From: Chiloscyllium plagiosum
Lineage: Eukaryota
Direction of reading: 5' to 3'
DNA: 64,000 nucleotides
Assembly: GCF_004010195.1 (NCBI RefSeq)
Contig: NC_057718.1
Coordinates: 46,603,823-46,667,822 of the forward strand
Positions 62,331-64,000 of this stretch are shown piece after piece. The notes below the pieces were generated by a model. The model made no database searches. It worked only from the letters and a program-made list of their open reading frames with translations, and was not told the origin of the DNA. A program made the translations under genes and the position numbers. Position 1 is the first letter of the stretch; each line of letters starts with the position of its first letter.

Positions 62331-62441
62331 CCCAGTATCATTCAGCTCTGATATTGGGGAAGTTTTGGTTTAGAGTAATGTGGTTAATTCAAAACTTAGA
62401 AGGAGCAAGAGGAGGGATAATGCACAACAGTTATAATCATA

Positions 62442-62773
62442 GCAACACAGTGGTTCAGTGATTAGCATTGCTGCCTCACAGCGCTAGGGACCTGGATTCG
62501 ATTCCAGTCTCGGGCGACTGTCTGTGTGGAGTTTGCATATTCTCCCTGGGTCTGAGTGGGTTTCCTCCGGGTGCTCCGGTTTCCTCCCACAATCTAAAGA
62601 TGTGCAGGTTAGGTGAATTGGTCATACTAAATTGCCCATTGTGTTCAGGGATGTAGGTTAGGCACATTAGGATGATAGGGTAGGGGAATGGGTCTGGGTG
62701 GGTTACTCTTTGGAGGTTTGATGTGGACTTGTTGGGCTGTAGGGCCTGTTTCCACATTGTAGGGATTTTATGA
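62442..62773 (+). mobile_element. HE1-like V-SINE
   Basis: tRNA-like head with B box GGATTCGATTCC, GGGTTTCCTCCGGGTGCTCCGGTTTCCTCCCAC core, LINE-like tail. Confidence 0.85.
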
Positions 62774-63112
62774 AGATGACATTTGTCAGTTTGATTAAGG
62801 CAATTGCAGTGCTTGTTCAAGGATGAAAATCTGATCAGTAAGATTAAACATATTGCGGGAAATTTCAAATGATGGACCAGAAATCAAGTAAATCAGCATT
62901 GGATGATAAGTGAACAAAACAATGTGAGAGAGCGTATAGTTTTAGTAAAAAGAACATGCTCAAAGGCAATGAGAGGAAAGGGAGCCTGAATATGTGGTGA
63001 TATTTGACAATTTGCAAACAAGAAAACAGGAATCAGGGCTGAGTCTATTGAGGGATAGGATATTAGCTGTTTTTAAAGGAAGGGCACTGCATCTGAAGAG
63101 AGGTTTCAAGTC

Positions 63113-63422
63113 GTGGTGGCTCCGTGGTTAGTACTGCTGCCTCACAGTGCCATGGATCCAGATCAGTGCCACCCTCGTGTGACTGTTTGTTTGTCTGCGT
63201 GGGTGCTCCGGTTTCCTCTCACAGTCCAAAGATGCGTAGGTTAGGTGGATTGACCATGCTAAATTGGTCTGTAGTGTCCAGGGATGAGCAGACTAGGTGG
63301 ATTAGCCATGGGAAATGCAGGGTTACAAGGATAGGATAGGGGCTGGGTCTCAATGGGATGCTGTTTGGAAATGTCAGGACTTGATGGTCTGAATGGCCTG
63401 CTTCCACACTTATGGATTCTAA
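63113..63422 (+). mobile_element. HE1-like V-SINE, more diverged
   Basis: GTGGTGGCTCCGTGGTTAGTACTGCTGCCTCACAG...GGGTGCTCCGGTTTCCTC. Confidence 0.8.
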
Positions 63423-64000
63423 GATAACTGAGTGCATACGGTGAGAGTGGGCTTTTTCATGTCATTTTATAGTGGTAGCCTCCATTGTCACCTTTCTTTT
63501 CTCCTTGTTTAGTACCAATGGTTTATGTTTGGAGAAAAGTAACTGCTGCAGCGGCAGTTACATGAGCTCTCATGCTACACAGACAATACTAGAGAAATTG
63601 AGTTTTAAAGAGACCCAAACGTCTCACAATGGTGAGCTTAGTGGGAGCATGAGGGTGCTCAGAAAATAACTATTGAAAGGCACTGAGGGAAAGAATCTCA
63701 AAGGCGTTTAGTGGGCATGACAAATAAGGATCAAAGTTCTGAGAATATTCATCTGCCAACAGAAGATACAAGCATTGTCATTATTGTGGCCCAGTAGGCT
63801 AGCTTGCCATAGGAGTGCTGCTCCTTCCAAACTTCCACCAAATGTTAAAGGTTTTTAAGGTAAACACAGTACTCCAATTTACCTGATTTCTACTGCAAGG
63901 TTAACAGAAAGCATGGACCAAGTTTGTGTACCTAATAAGAACTAATTAAAATGTTAAATCTGTCACGCTCTCCCCCTCCTTTCCAAACACATACACACAA

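Noticed and set aside
60202..64000. Terminal ANGEL2 exon (LKLL.RLSLL...SSDH)
   Set aside because: No such reading found; the region is repeat-rich intron, so the exon presumably lies beyond the window
1..64000. CRISPR arrays, operons or other prokaryotic systems; remaining short ORFs in the track
   Set aside because: The sequence is intron-rich vertebrate DNA; the other ORFs are chance or transposon-derived frames

Overview
Vertebrate genomic DNA, very probably from a cartilaginous fish (HE1/V-SINEs, HER1/CR1 LINE tails and abundant Penelope-like termini). One host gene is present: ANGEL2 (CCR4/EEP-family 2',3'-cyclic RNA phosphatase) on the + strand. It has a tandemly duplicated CpG-rich promoter (17464-18090), a probable non-coding first exon, and eight phase-compatible coding exons from 19602 to 60201. 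The last coding exon lies beyond the window. Most of the rest is transposable-element debris. Main points: (1) a 3.86-kb non-autonomous LTR element (27604-31460, minus strand, tRNA-Leu PBS, PPT) in an ANGEL2 intron carries an intronless, internally deleted copy of an RBPMS2-like host mRNA, which suggests LTR-mediated gene capture; (2) several Penelope-like families end in minimal hammerhead-ribozyme motifs with covarying helices, often in palindromic mini-elements with target-site duplications; (3) a decayed Gypsy element (~6090-13600) has its RT split by two successive Penelope insertions at the same 12-bp site; (4) the ANGEL2 promoter is duplicated, with a ZNF143/THAP11 motif in each copy. 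All family assignments come from reading the sequence and recalling motifs, not from database searches, and repeat boundaries are approximate unless a TSD is stated.
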